A program made the translations under genes and the position numbers. 64,000 nt of DNA from positions 32,001 to 96,000 of IMG/VR virus record IMGVR_UViG_3300037468_000183; one strand, given 5' to 3'. The notes beneath the pieces are model-generated. The model worked only from the letters and a program-made list of their open reading frames with translations, did not search any database and was not told where the DNA came from. The stretch's first letter is position 1. Every line of letters begins with the position of its first letter. Below, piece after piece: positions 9,190 to 19,484 of this stretch. The stretch is from a virus.

Positions 9190-11072
9190 GTGCGGGCCTC
9201 CGGTTTGCGAACAAACCATACATCCTCGTTCAGAATCGCCGCGTGCGGATTCTTCTCATTGGCGAGTCGGCGGAAAAAACTCACCTTGTCGCATTTGAGC
9301 GACTTGTCCTCACCGAGCAGCCCCAATTGCGCGCCGTGATCGGTCGTCTTCCAGGCCGTGACGTGGAGCAGCGGATCGAAGCCAACTGATTCACACAGCG
9401 CCAACCACTGCTCCCCGAAGGGGACGCGCTGCTTGTTGCGCACGAAGTCGCCAGTGATCCAGGCCGCCACTGCGCCAGGCTTGAGCACGGCGTAGGTCTG
9501 GGCGACGATCTCGCGCGCGGCAGTCCAGAACGTGTCTGCCCGCAATGCGCCGACTTGCCCATCTGTGTCGCCGTAATTCGACTGAAACATAGCAGCGCAT
9601 CCAATGTTGGTAGGTGAAACGAATACATCCGGGCGCTTTGTCGTAAACTCACCTTTGGCGTATCGTTCGGCCTTACGTTGGCGGGCCGAATCATCATTGA
9701 TCCCTGTATTGACGCTCGCCTCATACGGCGGACTGCTCACCGTCGCATCGAAGCCGTTGCCCGCTGGCATGGCGCCGAGTTGGCCGGGGGTGGCGCCGTA
9801 GCGTGCGCCCAGGGCCTTGCGCTGCTCCCAGCCGGCCGTCCCGCGAACGAAGTTGCCGTCAGCGTCGCGCAGTCCGCTCGCGCCTTCGTCTCCGCCTGGC
9901 CCGCCGTCGATGCGCGTCTCGGAGTAGGGTGGACTCGAAACACACGCCGAATACCCCTGCATCGTCAACGCCTGCGAGTGCTGGCCGGGCTTGTTGCCGG
10001 TGAGCTTGTCCGTGTCGATGCCGTTGCCGCCGTGCACGGTGTTGGCGCTGTAGGGGGGCGAACCAACTGCCGCCGAGTAGTCGCCGGGTGGCATCTGCTC
10101 CAGTTGCCCCGGTGTTGCGCCATAGCCAGGACGACGCGCTGTGCCTTCGGCGGCCCGGCGCGCGTCTTCAGCGGCATCCAAGCGCACGCTCTGTCCATCG
10201 TGACCAGTCGTGCCCGCATACGGCGGACTCGCAATCGCGCCATCGTAGCGCAGCGCCGCGTCGAAGTCGCCGGGTGGCAGCGCGCCCAGTTGGCCGGGCG
10301 AGGTGCCGTAGGACGCCACTTGCATTGTTCTTCCGGGGCGCGCTTCGGCATTGAATGCTGCATCTGTGCTTTGTAAGCTCCCCTGAAACGGCGGCGACGA
10401 CACGACCGCATCCGCTTCCGCCACGATCTCCGCCAGCCGGCGCGAGTCGCCTTGCAGCACGCGCGCCGTGCCATAGCCGGGGAAGTGCGGCGCGTAGCGG
10501 GCGCGCCATGTCTCCAGGTTGCCGGGCTGATATTCGGCGCAAGGCACGGCGCGCTTGGCTTCCAACTGGCGCAGATGTGCCTGAGCTACAGTCAATTCGC
10601 TGGCGTAGTTCTCGCGCTCAGCATCCGTGATAGGGCGGGGTGGTTCCCAAGTGGCATCGGTTTCGTCATACCTGCCGGACGATTGGATGCCCGTTTTTAG
10701 GATGGCCTCCAGGTCGCGCACGTGTTGGCGCTGGCGGTCAAGCTCGGCTTGGTTCTTGGCGCACGCCGGGCACAGATGCAAAGTGTTGCAGGTGTAGCCG
10801 CGGCACAAGTCAACGAACTTCGGCTCCAATTCCATGCCCGTCCAGTGCAGGCCATACAACGCGGCGTGGAAGGCGCAGCCGCCGATGCCGCCGAACGGAT
10901 CAACAACTTTGTCACCAGGGGCCAGCCAACCTTCGGCCAGCATGTGGCGATAGATGCGCTCGGCCAGGCCGAAAGATATCTTTGCCGGATGCGCGTAGGC
11001 TTCAGCGGCCAACGGTGCGCTCTGCCACGAACCATCATAGCAGCCGAACCACTCAGTTTGCATTGGGGCCAT
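9186..11072 (-). CDS. DNA amino-methyltransferase-like protein with five tandem SPP(Y/F) modules
   Basis: HPAK, VVDPFGGIG, GMELEPKF, QGDSRRL, then 5x SPP(Y/F) and VLKPG. Confidence 0.85.
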   Translation of the reverse strand: MAPMQTEWFGCYDGSWQSAPLAAEAYAHPAKISFGLAERIYRHMLAEGWLAPGDKVVDPFGGIGGCAFHAALYGLHWTGMELEPKFVDLCRGYTCNTLHLCPACAKNQAELDRQRQHVRDLEAILKTGIQSSGRYDETDATWEPPRPITDAERENYASELTVAQAHLRQLEAKRAVPCAEYQPGNLETWRARYAPHFPGYGTARVLQGDSRRLAEIVAEADAVVSSPPFQGSLQSTDAAFNAEARPGRTMQVASYGTSPGQLGALPPGDFDAALRYDGAIASPPYAGTTGHDGQSVRLDAAEDARRAAEGTARRPGYGATPGQLEQMPPGDYSAAVGSPPYSANTVHGGNGIDTDKLTGNKPGQHSQALTMQGYSACVSSPPYSETRIDGGPGGDEGASGLRDADGNFVRGTAGWEQRKALGARYGATPGQLGAMPAGNGFDATVSSPPYEASVNTGINDDSARQRKAERYAKGEFTTKRPDVFVSPTNIGCAAMFQSNYGDTDGQVGALRADTFWTAAREIVAQTYAVLKPGAVAAWITGDFVRNKQRVPFGEQWLALCESVGFDPLLHVTAWKTTDHGAQLGLLGEDKSLKCDKVSFFRRLANEKNPHAAILNEDVWFVRKPEART

Positions 11073-11087
11073 GATCTTCCTCTCTCG

Positions 11088-11441
11088 TCAAGACTCTGAT
11101 AGATACGTCTCAATCTCAGCGGCGGCGTCCAGCCATTGCCAACACACCGCCACGCGATACCCCTGCACTCGCAGGGCGTCGATCCACCATTGCTGCGCCG
11201 CGCTGATGCGACCGCCTTTGGCCTTCATCTCGATGAACAGGCCATGATAGCCGTGACGGGCGCAAGGCAAAAACAAATCCGGCACTCCAGATTTTTCGCC
11301 TTCGGCCTTGAGTCGGGTCGCCGTGGCAATGTGTCGCCAGCCGCCGTTGGGTGTGTGGTGCAGCAGCGCCAACTCCGGCAGGCGCTGCTCGTTGTACGCC
11401 GTCCACTCGAATAGAGCGATCTGCTCTGAGGATTCGCTCAC
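11088..11441 (-). CDS. VRR-NUC domain nuclease / Holliday junction resolvase
   Basis: HHTPNGG...GVPDLFL...LFIEMKAKGGRIS..Q..W. Confidence 0.9.
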   Translation of the reverse strand: MSESSEQIALFEWTAYNEQRLPELALLHHTPNGGWRHIATATRLKAEGEKSGVPDLFLPCARHGYHGLFIEMKAKGGRISAAQQWWIDALRVQGYRVAVCWQWLDAAAEIETYLSES

Positions 11442-11662
11442 TCTGAAGGTTCAGTTGCGGAGATGTCACCAGCAATGAGCGGCAATTGCCGCTCATTGCT
11501 GGTGACAATCAACTCCACCTCGTCCTTGTTGCTTGACAACCACGACAACCTGCCGCGCTGATCAAGCACATTCTGTGTCAGCGTCATCTCAAACGTGATG
11601 GTCGCGTTTCCCGTCACCATGTCGATGCGGGCGGATTTGATGATTGACTTTGGAAATATCAT
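11438..11662 (-). CDS. hypothetical protein
   Basis: AGGAG RBS; C-terminal QLPLI. Confidence 0.65.
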   Translation of the reverse strand: MIFPKSIIKSARIDMVTGNATITFEMTLTQNVLDQRGRLSWLSSNKDEVELIVTSNERQLPLIAGDISATEPSE

Positions 11663-11928
11663 GTTGGCTCCTTGTTGCTCACGTTTTTGTCGTCTTCCAG
11701 AATCTACGCTTGCCGCACAGCCAGGTCATGTGCCTGCCGCTGTGGGCCGCGCTCCGCTCACAGATGCGAAATTTTCCCGCGACGGTTGTCGGAGATCCGC
11801 ACTTGCGCATACGTCCTCCTATCGTTTCCCAGATATCTTCTCTCGAATCCACACGAGAATGGTCGCGACAGTCACTATCACCAGAAACATGATGACGACA
11901 TAGCCGAGCATCCGGCCGTCATAGTAGC

Positions 11929-12240
11929 TCATGCCAGCACCTCGATGATGCGCGCCAGGGGCACGGTTTCGAATTGCATATGTCTCGCTATGGCCCACGA
12001 GCTTTGCATATGGCAGGTGGTGCGATTGACCTTGAGTATCACACCCTCCCATTCGTGGCGCGCCCATCCACCGATCTTGCCTTCGGCGCGCCGCATGTCC
12101 CAGAAGCGCACGCGCTGCCCGACCTGATACGCGCCTTCGTGCTCGCTCACTTTGCCTCCTGTGTTGCAAAAGTCGCAACCGTAAAGGTGATTGCCGCCAC
12201 CGCAGCCGTGCGGGCCGGGGTAGTGGCGGCAGATGTTCAT
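11929..12240 (-). CDS. Zn-binding plus SH3-like hypothetical protein
   Basis: CRHYPGPHGC, CDFC, YQVGQRVRF...GVILKVNRTT. Confidence 0.55.
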   Translation of the reverse strand: MNICRHYPGPHGCGGGNHLYGCDFCNTGGKVSEHEGAYQVGQRVRFWDMRRAEGKIGGWARHEWEGVILKVNRTTCHMQSSWAIARHMQFETVPLARIIEVLA

Positions 12241-13007
12241 ACGCCACAGATGCCGCTGCACTCGTCATTCCACAGCGACAGTTGCCCGCGCTCCTCGGCA
12301 TTCGAGAAGTCCACCAGCGCCAACGGTTGCTGCGATGGATGCAGAAACAAGTCATAAGGCGGGCGCACCTTGCGAATGGCATCGTCAACCTCGACGGCCT
12401 TGTGCCAGTCGCCGTTACCGGACGCCTTCATGTCGTGCCAGGCGCGGGTATCGTGAAACGGACAGAACACACAAGCGGACTTGGGGGGCGTCGGTAGATT
12501 GTGGCGCGCCAACCAAGCGGCGCAATCGTTGCGTGTCATGCGCTTTTCGATCAGCGGCCAGCGGTGGGTGATGTACTTCACGTCGCTGTCTCGCATACGC
12601 TGCACCTCATCAAGGCTGATGCCGATCCATTGCTCGACTGGGCGGCCTTCCCGGTTGGCTTGCAGCCAGCGGCGGATGGGTGCGATCTTCCAGCATTGGG
12701 TACATTGTCGGCGGAGTTGTCCGCCTCTATCGGTTGGCGTTGCCGTGAATGACGGGATGAAGATTTCCCCCCCCACCCGGTCGGTTACGATCCGGGGCGA
12801 CTTGTCTTGCACCGTCACCACCCGCACGCCATGTTCTTCCAGCCACGGCGTCCACTGCCGCGCGAACGCATACGTCCCGCTCATCTCGTGCGTCGTGTCG
12901 GCGTGGATCGCGACATCCGGCATTTCGATCTCGCCCAGGGCCGCCATTGCCGCCAACGTGAAGGACTGCCAGCCCCAACCGAGCGAGAGTGTCACAAGTG
13001 GTTTCAT
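12237..13007 (-). CDS. PAPS-reductase-like (PP-loop/adenine-nucleotide alpha-hydrolase) phage protein
   Basis: LSLGWGWQS, HADT, RQCT..WKI.PI, WIGISLDE..R, PPKSACVFCPFH, ECSGICGV. Confidence 0.8.
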   Translation of the reverse strand: MKPLVTLSLGWGWQSFTLAAMAALGEIEMPDVAIHADTTHEMSGTYAFARQWTPWLEEHGVRVVTVQDKSPRIVTDRVGGEIFIPSFTATPTDRGGQLRRQCTQCWKIAPIRRWLQANREGRPVEQWIGISLDEVQRMRDSDVKYITHRWPLIEKRMTRNDCAAWLARHNLPTPPKSACVFCPFHDTRAWHDMKASGNGDWHKAVEVDDAIRKVRPPYDLFLHPSQQPLALVDFSNAEERGQLSLWNDECSGICGV

Positions 13008-13126
13008 GTCATCTCCCTACCACGGCAAGCGCCGCGGTGCCAGCGGGTAGCTCGGAAACTCCCGCTCGAACATGATGCCGGCCAGGATGCCGGCGACGAA
13101 GGCGATAGCCGCGAGCAGCAAGAGTT

Positions 13127-13420
13127 TCATGGTTGCACCGCGATTTCTAGCGCCGCGCGTAGGCCGATGATCTCCGAGCGCAAGCGCTCGACCTCGGCCT
13201 GTGCCAATGCGCCTATCTGACACATGCGCACAAGGCCAGCATCTCCCCATGTTTCGACAACACCACCGCGTGTATACGCAAAACCTGCATCGATCATCAA
13301 GGCGCGCAGACTCTTGACCTCTGCGCGCAGGCGCTCGACTTCGGTCGCGAGTTCCTGCACTCCCTCGTCCGTCACGGTTGCGCCACCACGTATGATGGCT
13401 TCCAGTTCTTCGTTTGTCAT
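13127..13420 (-). CDS. coiled-coil phage protein
   Basis: EVERLR occurs twice; AGGAGG RBS. Confidence 0.65.
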   Translation of the reverse strand: MTNEELEAIIRGGATVTDEGVQELATEVERLRAEVKSLRALMIDAGFAYTRGGVVETWGDAGLVRMCQIGALAQAEVERLRSEIIGLRAALEIAVQP

Positions 13421-13424
13421 GGTG

Positions 13425-14456
13425 TTATTCCTCCTTCGTTGAGTCGTAAACATCGCCAAGCCGGAAGAACTCCGGCTGCATCACCTGATCGAAACCGCCT
13501 GTGCCGCCCATCGTGTTTTTGTCAATCTGCACGTGGACGGTTGGCGAATAGTTGCCATCTGCCATGCGTTCGCGGCGCAGCAGAATTACGACATTCGCCT
13601 TATTCGACTTGCTGGCGCTGCCACTCATGGCGTTACGATCCATCGTGCGCGCCGTTTCGTCCTTACCGGCCTTGCTCATCTGTGCCACCATCACGACAGG
13701 CAACTCAACGGCCTCGGCCAGTACCTTGAGTTGCTCGACGTTATCAGCCTCGCGCTCCCAGGTATTCGAGCCGTACATCTGCAATTGGCGCTTACTCGGT
13801 TGCGCCTTCTCCAGATAGTCGATAACCGCCACGTCACAGGCGCCCGCTGCGTGCAACTTGCGCAACTCGGCAACCGTGCGCTCCATCGTCCAGCCAGGTG
13901 TATGCAGATAGGTGATATCACCTTCCCAGGCGAGCAGGCGGGGCCGTACTTCGGCAACCATGCTCCGCTGAGCAGGCGACATAATTCCGCTCTTGAGCGT
14001 GCGCACTGGAATCGACGTATGCCGTGCCGTGCGTCGATCCAACATCAATGTCCAGTTGAGCTCGTAGTGCACGAAGACCACCTTGTGGCGGCGGCGCGCC
14101 CAATGCTCGGCTAGGCACTCAACGACAATCGTCTTGCCTTGTCCGTCCGGCGCAGTGATCGATACCAGCATACCGGCTTCGAGCGGATCAATGAAGGAGT
14201 TCCAGGAAGCCCAGGGCCAGTCAATCAAGCGGCGCTCGTTGAGCGGCAAAGCGGCTTGCGCGTCGCGCTTGGCGAGCAAGGCATCGTAGTAGTCAAATGA
14301 TGCTGGCCAAGTCAACGCAGCATTGTCATCACCACCGCCGAAACGTGCCAGGGTCGCGCTCAGCCAGGCGTGCAGGTCGGTGGCGGTTTCGTCGGCCAGA
14401 CAGCGGCGCAAGAGTTCCTTGCCCACTGCCTCGTATTGTGCGACATCGGGATCCAT
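13425..14456 (-). CDS. DnaB-like replicative helicase
   Basis: Walker A APDGQGKT, VIDYL, MVAQMS, IDKN. Confidence 0.85.
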   Translation of the reverse strand: MDPDVAQYEAVGKELLRRCLADETATDLHAWLSATLARFGGGDDNAALTWPASFDYYDALLAKRDAQAALPLNERRLIDWPWASWNSFIDPLEAGMLVSITAPDGQGKTIVVECLAEHWARRRHKVVFVHYELNWTLMLDRRTARHTSIPVRTLKSGIMSPAQRSMVAEVRPRLLAWEGDITYLHTPGWTMERTVAELRKLHAAGACDVAVIDYLEKAQPSKRQLQMYGSNTWEREADNVEQLKVLAEAVELPVVMVAQMSKAGKDETARTMDRNAMSGSASKSNKANVVILLRRERMADGNYSPTVHVQIDKNTMGGTGGFDQVMQPEFFRLGDVYDSTKEE

Positions 14457-14468
14457 CTTAGCTTGCTC

Positions 14469-15221
14469 CTACCATGTTGCATCCTCCGCCGTGCGTGGCG
14501 TCCGGCGTGCTTCGGCCTTTGTGTCCGCCCAGAAGTATATCCACTCTGCACCATCCGTAGACGGCATCCGTGTGATGACATGCTCGTTGGTCGGTGGACT
14601 GTGACCGTTGCCACTTGCCAGCATTACGGATTCAGCGCAGCGTGCCACATAGTTGACCACGTTCTGCTTGCCCTCGGCTTTGGCGGCCTTCCAGCCCGCT
14701 TGCCACGCCACGAGACCCACTCTGCCTATCGTTTCGAGATGGGCGTCAAGGTGGGGCTTCGTCATCATCAGGTTATCTGCTTCATAGGCGGCGCGCACGG
14801 TGGCGGCGTATGATTCGGATTGGATTGGATTCGGATTGGATTGGATTACGGGTGCATCTGATTTCGGATGATTTCCATTGATATCAGATGATATCATAGG
14901 CGGGTACTTGCTGCGCTTTGCCCGTATCTGCTGATGGTTCTCCCACGTGACGACTTGCAGATACGGCTTGTCAGCTACCATGTAGAGCCGAATCAGGTTT
15001 ACATCGGCCAGCACTCGCAAGGCACTGGCAACCCAACCCTCGGTGACAGTCGCAAGTTTGAGCGGAAAGCACTTCGCCCGGATGATCGCGGGGCGGGCGT
15101 CCATGCGCCCGTAGTCATCGCACTGTACGAGCAGGCGATACCAGAACACTTCTTGCTCAGGAGTCAGTTTGTCGAGATTGTCACTTGTGCAGATGCTATC
15201 CTTCAGGATGCGATTGGGCAT
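14469..15221 (-). CDS. phage replication initiator (N-terminal wHTH)
   Basis: MPNRILKDSICTSD...DDYGR...WENHQ family; SNPNP linker; adjacent to the helicase. Confidence 0.8.
   Translation of the reverse strand: MPNRILKDSICTSDNLDKLTPEQEVFWYRLLVQCDDYGRMDARPAIIRAKCFPLKLATVTEGWVASALRVLADVNLIRLYMVADKPYLQVVTWENHQQIRAKRSKYPPMISSDINGNHPKSDAPVIQSNPNPIQSESYAATVRAAYEADNLMMTKPHLDAHLETIGRVGLVAWQAGWKAAKAEGKQNVVNYVARCAESVMLASGNGHSPPTNEHVITRMPSTDGAEWIYFWADTKAEARRTPRTAEDATW
14812..14897. repeat. GGATT-based tandem repeats and TGATATCA x2 inside the initiator gene (candidate ori)
   Basis: GATTCGGATTGGATTG twice; TTGATATCAGATGATATCA. Confidence 0.5.
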
Positions 15222-15222
15222 G

Positions 15223-16098
15223 TTATACCACCTTCTGCCAGCCGAAGCGCTTGGCAATGCCGAACACTGTCGCCACGGTCACGGCTCCGGTGGGGTTGCC
15301 CGTCTCGTGGAAGCTGCGCCACTTGCGCTCGACTTCGCCAGGCGCGCCATCGGCCCACGTTTCGGCCAGCGGTAAGCCGGCGTCGCCAAAGTTTGCTTGG
15401 AGTCCCATGAGCACCTGCACCCATTCGTCGTAGTCGATGCCCCAGGGCGGGATGCGCTTGAGTGCGTCATAGACTTCGGTCTGCGTGGCGGGAGCGGCGA
15501 AATCCTTGTGCTCGACAACGCGTTTCTCACGGCGGCCTGTGTCGCTCCATTGCTGGATCAGATGCTTGACCGTTTCCAGCGTCAGGACGTTTTCGAGATA
15601 GGCAATCTCGCAACCGGTCGCGCCGTAGAAGAAGCGCACCGGGTCTTTGCATTGCCGGTCGGCCGTGCCGAACAGCCACAAGAGCGCCTGCACGGCTTGA
15701 CTGTAGTTCTTGGCCTGCATGATCGGCGTGTCGAGGAGGAAGACAGCGCGTGCTCGTGGCGCTTCGGGTGTGTGGCTGGTCGTGGTGTAGAGCAGACTGG
15801 CGTATTTGGCGATGAACTTATCGGCGCTGAGCGTCGCCAATGTGCTGCGACTGTCTTCGGTATCGAAGTCGAGTCCGATGTGTTGGCCGCAAACGTAATT
15901 CTCAGATGTGCGCCAGCCCTTTGCGTGCCAAGTCGTGAAAGCGTGCCCGGTGTAGATCGAGTCAGCTAAATCCATGCGGCTGACTTCTCGATTGACGAAA
16001 CCGGCGTTGAACGTGCTCCAGAACGTATCACCAGCCGGAATCTTGTGCGTCAGCTGGTGCCTGGATACGGCCACGCGGAATGAAGCGTCATTGCTCAT
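15223..16098 (-). CDS. primase-polymerase-like protein with PriCT-2 domain
   Basis: IGLDFD, YTTTSH...R.RAVF, YDEWVQVLMGL...W...KWRSF. Confidence 0.8.
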   Translation of the reverse strand: MSNDASFRVAVSRHQLTHKIPAGDTFWSTFNAGFVNREVSRMDLADSIYTGHAFTTWHAKGWRTSENYVCGQHIGLDFDTEDSRSTLATLSADKFIAKYASLLYTTTSHTPEAPRARAVFLLDTPIMQAKNYSQAVQALLWLFGTADRQCKDPVRFFYGATGCEIAYLENVLTLETVKHLIQQWSDTGRREKRVVEHKDFAAPATQTEVYDALKRIPPWGIDYDEWVQVLMGLQANFGDAGLPLAETWADGAPGEVERKWRSFHETGNPTGAVTVATVFGIAKRFGWQKVV

Positions 16099-16522
16099 GC
16101 TGCACCTTCCTACTGTTGCCGCGCCCCGGCATCCAGGGCGTTACCAGATCGTGCCACAGGTCGTGATGGTATTTGCAGAGCAGCGCGCCGAATTGCTCCC
16201 AGGCGGCCCACTGTGGCGCGACTTCGGGGTGGTCGTTGAATACTTGCGGCATCCAGTGGTGATTTGCTGCGCCATCCTTCCCGCCGCATATCACGCATGA
16301 TTGCCGATAGTCGTCTTGGATTGGCACATCGTCAAGCGTTTTGCCGACTGCGGCGGCCAGCGCGGTCGCTACCAGATGGCTGATGTAGCGCATTGGTTTC
16401 TCGGCCCATCCATCACAGGCGATGCAACGCCAGGCATACATCACTACGCCATCGGCACTGATGATGCGGCGGACATAGACGCGCTGCGTCTTGCCACACT
16501 GACGGCAGGCGGGCTTTGCCAT
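16088..16522 (-). CDS. Zn-finger/HNH-like protein
   Basis: CRQC, CIAC, CVICG...HHW.P...LCKYHH..WH. Confidence 0.65.
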   Translation of the reverse strand: MAKPACRQCGKTQRVYVRRIISADGVVMYAWRCIACDGWAEKPMRYISHLVATALAAAVGKTLDDVPIQDDYRQSCVICGGKDGAANHHWMPQVFNDHPEVAPQWAAWEQFGALLCKYHHDLWHDLVTPWMPGRGNSRKVQHEQ

Positions 16523-16523
16523 A

Positions 16524-16727
16524 TCATGCCTCGGTATCTTGCAAGATTCTCGCAGATAGTCTGTCGTTCTGCGCCTTGAAGCGTTCGATCTCCGCGCGGT
16601 CAACGCGGTAACCTTTCGGCAGGGGTATCAGCCGGATCATGCCGGCCTTGCCCCAGCGCGTGAGCGTGCGGGTATGCACACGAAGGATGGCGGCGGCTTC
16701 CTGTAGGGTGAGTAGTTCGTTTATCAT
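16524..16727 (-). CDS. excisionase/HTH_17-type DNA-binding protein (probably leaderless)
   Basis: LLTLQEAAAILRVHTRTLTRW...G.I...YRV; TTGACT-16-TATAAT ends 7 nt upstream of the ATG. Confidence 0.85.
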   Translation of the reverse strand: MINELLTLQEAAAILRVHTRTLTRWGKAGMIRLIPLPKGYRVDRAEIERFKAQNDRLSARILQDTEA

Positions 16728-16814
16728 GTCCATCATTATACATCATCGGCTAGAAAAGTCAATTCGTCGCAACGGTCAAGCGGGCCGCAGCGCACGCCAC
16801 GGCCCGGTCTGTGC

Positions 16815-17126
16815 TCAGCTATTATTCCGCGACAAGCTATCAAGCACGACGTGTAGCTGAGTGGTATACTCGTGCGCCTTTGCTGCCTCCGCATCGAGTT
16901 TTGCGGCGTAAGCTTTTGCCTGCGCGATTAGCCAGGCGTTGGCATCCGGCAACGTCCCGAATAGCTGATATGTGCCGATCTTCGTAACGCTCGGAAAATA
17001 CATATAACCAAGTAGCGGCTCGTAATCCGGCGCGACTGAGTAGGTCTTCGTCGTTTCCTTGACGATGCCGATACGGGCTAGATTCGCCTTGCCCCACTCG
17101 AATTTTGCCGCATACTTAATCTGCAT
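16815..17126 (-). CDS. hypothetical phage protein
   Basis: IVKETTKTY pattern; RBS present. Confidence 0.65.
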   Translation of the reverse strand: MQIKYAAKFEWGKANLARIGIVKETTKTYSVAPDYEPLLGYMYFPSVTKIGTYQLFGTLPDANAWLIAQAKAYAAKLDAEAAKAHEYTTQLHVVLDSLSRNNS

Positions 17127-17614
17127 AGTACCCTTCCATTCTGTGCGCGCCTTGCGACGCGCCCGATGTTCAGTCGATGATCTTCAGCAGTCCGACGCTC
17201 ACGCCCCACTGCACTTCGCGACAGGCGATGACCGTCGCCTCTGGATGCGCGAGGGCGTAGCGGCGGGCGGCATTCACGCCGTCACTGCCGGCCCATGTGA
17301 CGATCCTGCCGTCGATCAAGAGCAACTCGAAGGTTCTGTCAGGCATAGCAGAACGTCCTCCTCCTCGGCATCCTCGGCTAACCAGGATTCGATCTCCTCG
17401 ATGGTGAAGTTGCCTCGGATGGCCCGGCCGTAATTCTCGATGTCGCACGCCGCCGCGTCGCCATCAAACATCCAGTCGAATGACATCATGTCATAGGTCT
17501 TCACGGTATCCACTCCTTGTCTGTTTCGCCCACCCCGCCGCCAGTATCTCTACCCCTCTGTTCCACGGGTCAATTCCCGGTGTAGAAGCGGCGCGCACGG
17601 AGCAGGCGATTGTA

Positions 17615-18808
17615 TCACTTGCCGACGATCTCTTTGCCGGCAACCTTCGCCTCGGCGCGCTTCTCCAGCGCCACGCAGACGGCTTCCAGGTTCTCGGTCG
17701 TTACCTTCCGGAAGTTCTCGGCGTAGACCGCACGCAGAAGGTGCGGCATGTCGGCCTTGCCGTCCTTGCGATAGTACGGGAAGACCTGGACAAAGACCTC
17801 GCACCACTGCGCGAAGGCGTGGGCGGCCTTGCCTTCCATGTCCGCCATCTGGCCTCCGCCATGCGGCTTCGGGGCGGCGCTGCGCTCCACGGTGGCGCTC
17901 GTCATGGCGTGAAACTCCGCCTCCGCATCAGACAACGGCGGCTCGGTCGCGGGCGGTGGCTTGGACGCCGCGACGGGTGGCGGCTCCTCCTCGGCCAGGT
18001 CTTCGTCGTCGTCATCGTAGTCATCGTCATCGTCCGCGTCGTCAACGTGGCGGGCCGTCAGTTGCAACGGTTGGCCCGCGGCCAATGCCATCTGTTCCTC
18101 GGCCTCGACCTGCATCCGTGCCAACACCCACTCGGCGGCGGGCACGATCTTGACCAGGTCCTTGATGGTGCGATTGCGCCGGCCCGCAGCCTTATCCTCG
18201 TCCTTCCAGGCTGGCGTCGAGATGGATTGCTTGACGCGTAGCACGTTGAACAGGATGCCGTTGAGATGGCCGGCTTTGGTTTCGGCGTCCAGCAGACAGG
18301 CAGTGATGGAGACCAGATCATTAATGCTGTGTGTCTCCATCGTCACGAAGCCGACGAAGCCCGCCCGGATCAACTGCGGCACGATCATGCTCAGGCGCCC
18401 GACTTGCTTACAGCCGGGGTTGTCCTTCGCGCGCGTCTTGGTTCCGGTGTAGTACGGACACGGCCGTTCGCCATCGGCATAGTCGCCGTTGGCCGTGCGC
18501 CAGCGGTTCATTGTCTGACCGTCGCAACGATGCACCATACCGCCGTGGTCATATTCCTCAAACCACGTATTCCAATTCTGTTCCAGCGTCGCGAATGGCA
18601 GATAGGCCTCGATCAGCGCGGGCTTACCGCCGTATGCGGCATCGAAAGCGCGCTGCACATCCTGGCGTTCGCTCGTGAAACGCCAGTGATCCAGGTCGGG
18701 GCCGGGGCGCTTCGGGTCGGTCTTGGGGCCGCCCTTGCGGAGTTTGCCCAAGTCCGGGAACTTGGGCGTGATGTCCTGGCGTCTTGTCATGCCGACTATG
18801 GGTGACAT
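17615..18808 (-). CDS. Gp3-like (recombination directionality factor-like) phage recombination/replication protein
   Basis: FPDLGKLRKG...P.DLDHWRFT, HRCDG, CK.VGRL...P, T.S.N; acidic linker; GGAGGA RBS before 18808. Confidence 0.7.
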   Translation of the reverse strand: MSPIVGMTRRQDITPKFPDLGKLRKGGPKTDPKRPGPDLDHWRFTSERQDVQRAFDAAYGGKPALIEAYLPFATLEQNWNTWFEEYDHGGMVHRCDGQTMNRWRTANGDYADGERPCPYYTGTKTRAKDNPGCKQVGRLSMIVPQLIRAGFVGFVTMETHSINDLVSITACLLDAETKAGHLNGILFNVLRVKQSISTPAWKDEDKAAGRRNRTIKDLVKIVPAAEWVLARMQVEAEEQMALAAGQPLQLTARHVDDADDDDDYDDDDEDLAEEEPPPVAASKPPPATEPPLSDAEAEFHAMTSATVERSAAPKPHGGGQMADMEGKAAHAFAQWCEVFVQVFPYYRKDGKADMPHLLRAVYAENFRKVTTENLEAVCVALEKRAEAKVAGKEIVGK

Positions 18809-19476
18809 AAAAGTTCCTCCTCTGTATGCTCCTGTAACTTCTTGGCCTGCCACCTCGCGTTTGCCGCCGCGCTTTGCTTGGCCTTTCCATCCGGTGTAGC
18901 CAAGCGGACTTTGTGCGAGGCAGACATCTTGGCACGCGTCTCGGTGCTGTGTACGCGCCCCTTGATTGCAGCGCTGTGTTGGGCACGTGCCTCTGGATTG
19001 CTCATCTGAATTATTGCCGCGGCGCTTATCTTCTCGCGTGTCTCCGGGCTGACTACCTTGCCCCTCTGCGCCGCGCCTATCTTAGCGCGTGTTTCGGCAG
19101 TCTGCGTCCGCCCTCTCAGCATGGCGCGTATTTCGTCGCTATAGTGAACTCCCCTGCACGTCCTGGGGTGTGGAGCTATGTTATAACCATGCTCTCTGTC
19201 GTATGATCGTAACGTGTCCATCCAGTGTTGTTCGCGCTCGTCCAGCCGCGCCAAATCCTCGATGTGTTCCAGGACAATGATCTCGAAAGCCTCCCATCCG
19301 TACTTCGCAACGGCGCGATACAAAGGGTGCGGCTTCTTCCCGACCAAGCACCGATGTTGGTATATGCGCTCTCTGAGGCACTGCGCCTGACCCACGTACA
19401 CCTTGCCGCTTTCCACATGGAAGATGCCGTAGATGCCAGTAAACTTCCAGTCGCCCCAATACGCTTTCGGCATCAT
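18796..19476 (-). CDS. GIY-YIG homing endonuclease with NUMOD3-like repeats
   Basis: GIYGI...KVYVGQ...R...H...E..W...GYN; SxETRxKMS repeats. Confidence 0.9.
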   Translation of the reverse strand: MMPKAYWGDWKFTGIYGIFHVESGKVYVGQAQCLRERIYQHRCLVGKKPHPLYRAVAKYGWEAFEIIVLEHIEDLARLDEREQHWMDTLRSYDREHGYNIAPHPRTCRGVHYSDEIRAMLRGRTQTAETRAKIGAAQRGKVVSPETREKISAAAIIQMSNPEARAQHSAAIKGRVHSTETRAKMSASHKVRLATPDGKAKQSAAANARWQAKKLQEHTEEELLCHP

Positions 19477-19484
19477 GTTGCCTC

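Noticed and set aside
17559-17574. Third parS (TGTTCCACGGGTCAAT)
   Set aside because: Only one half-site matches; about five mismatches to the consensus.
17615-19476. Group I intron or intein around the GIY-YIG genes (also 37218-37901)
   Set aside because: Neighbouring genes look intact with their own RBS and starts; the endonucleases appear free-standing.
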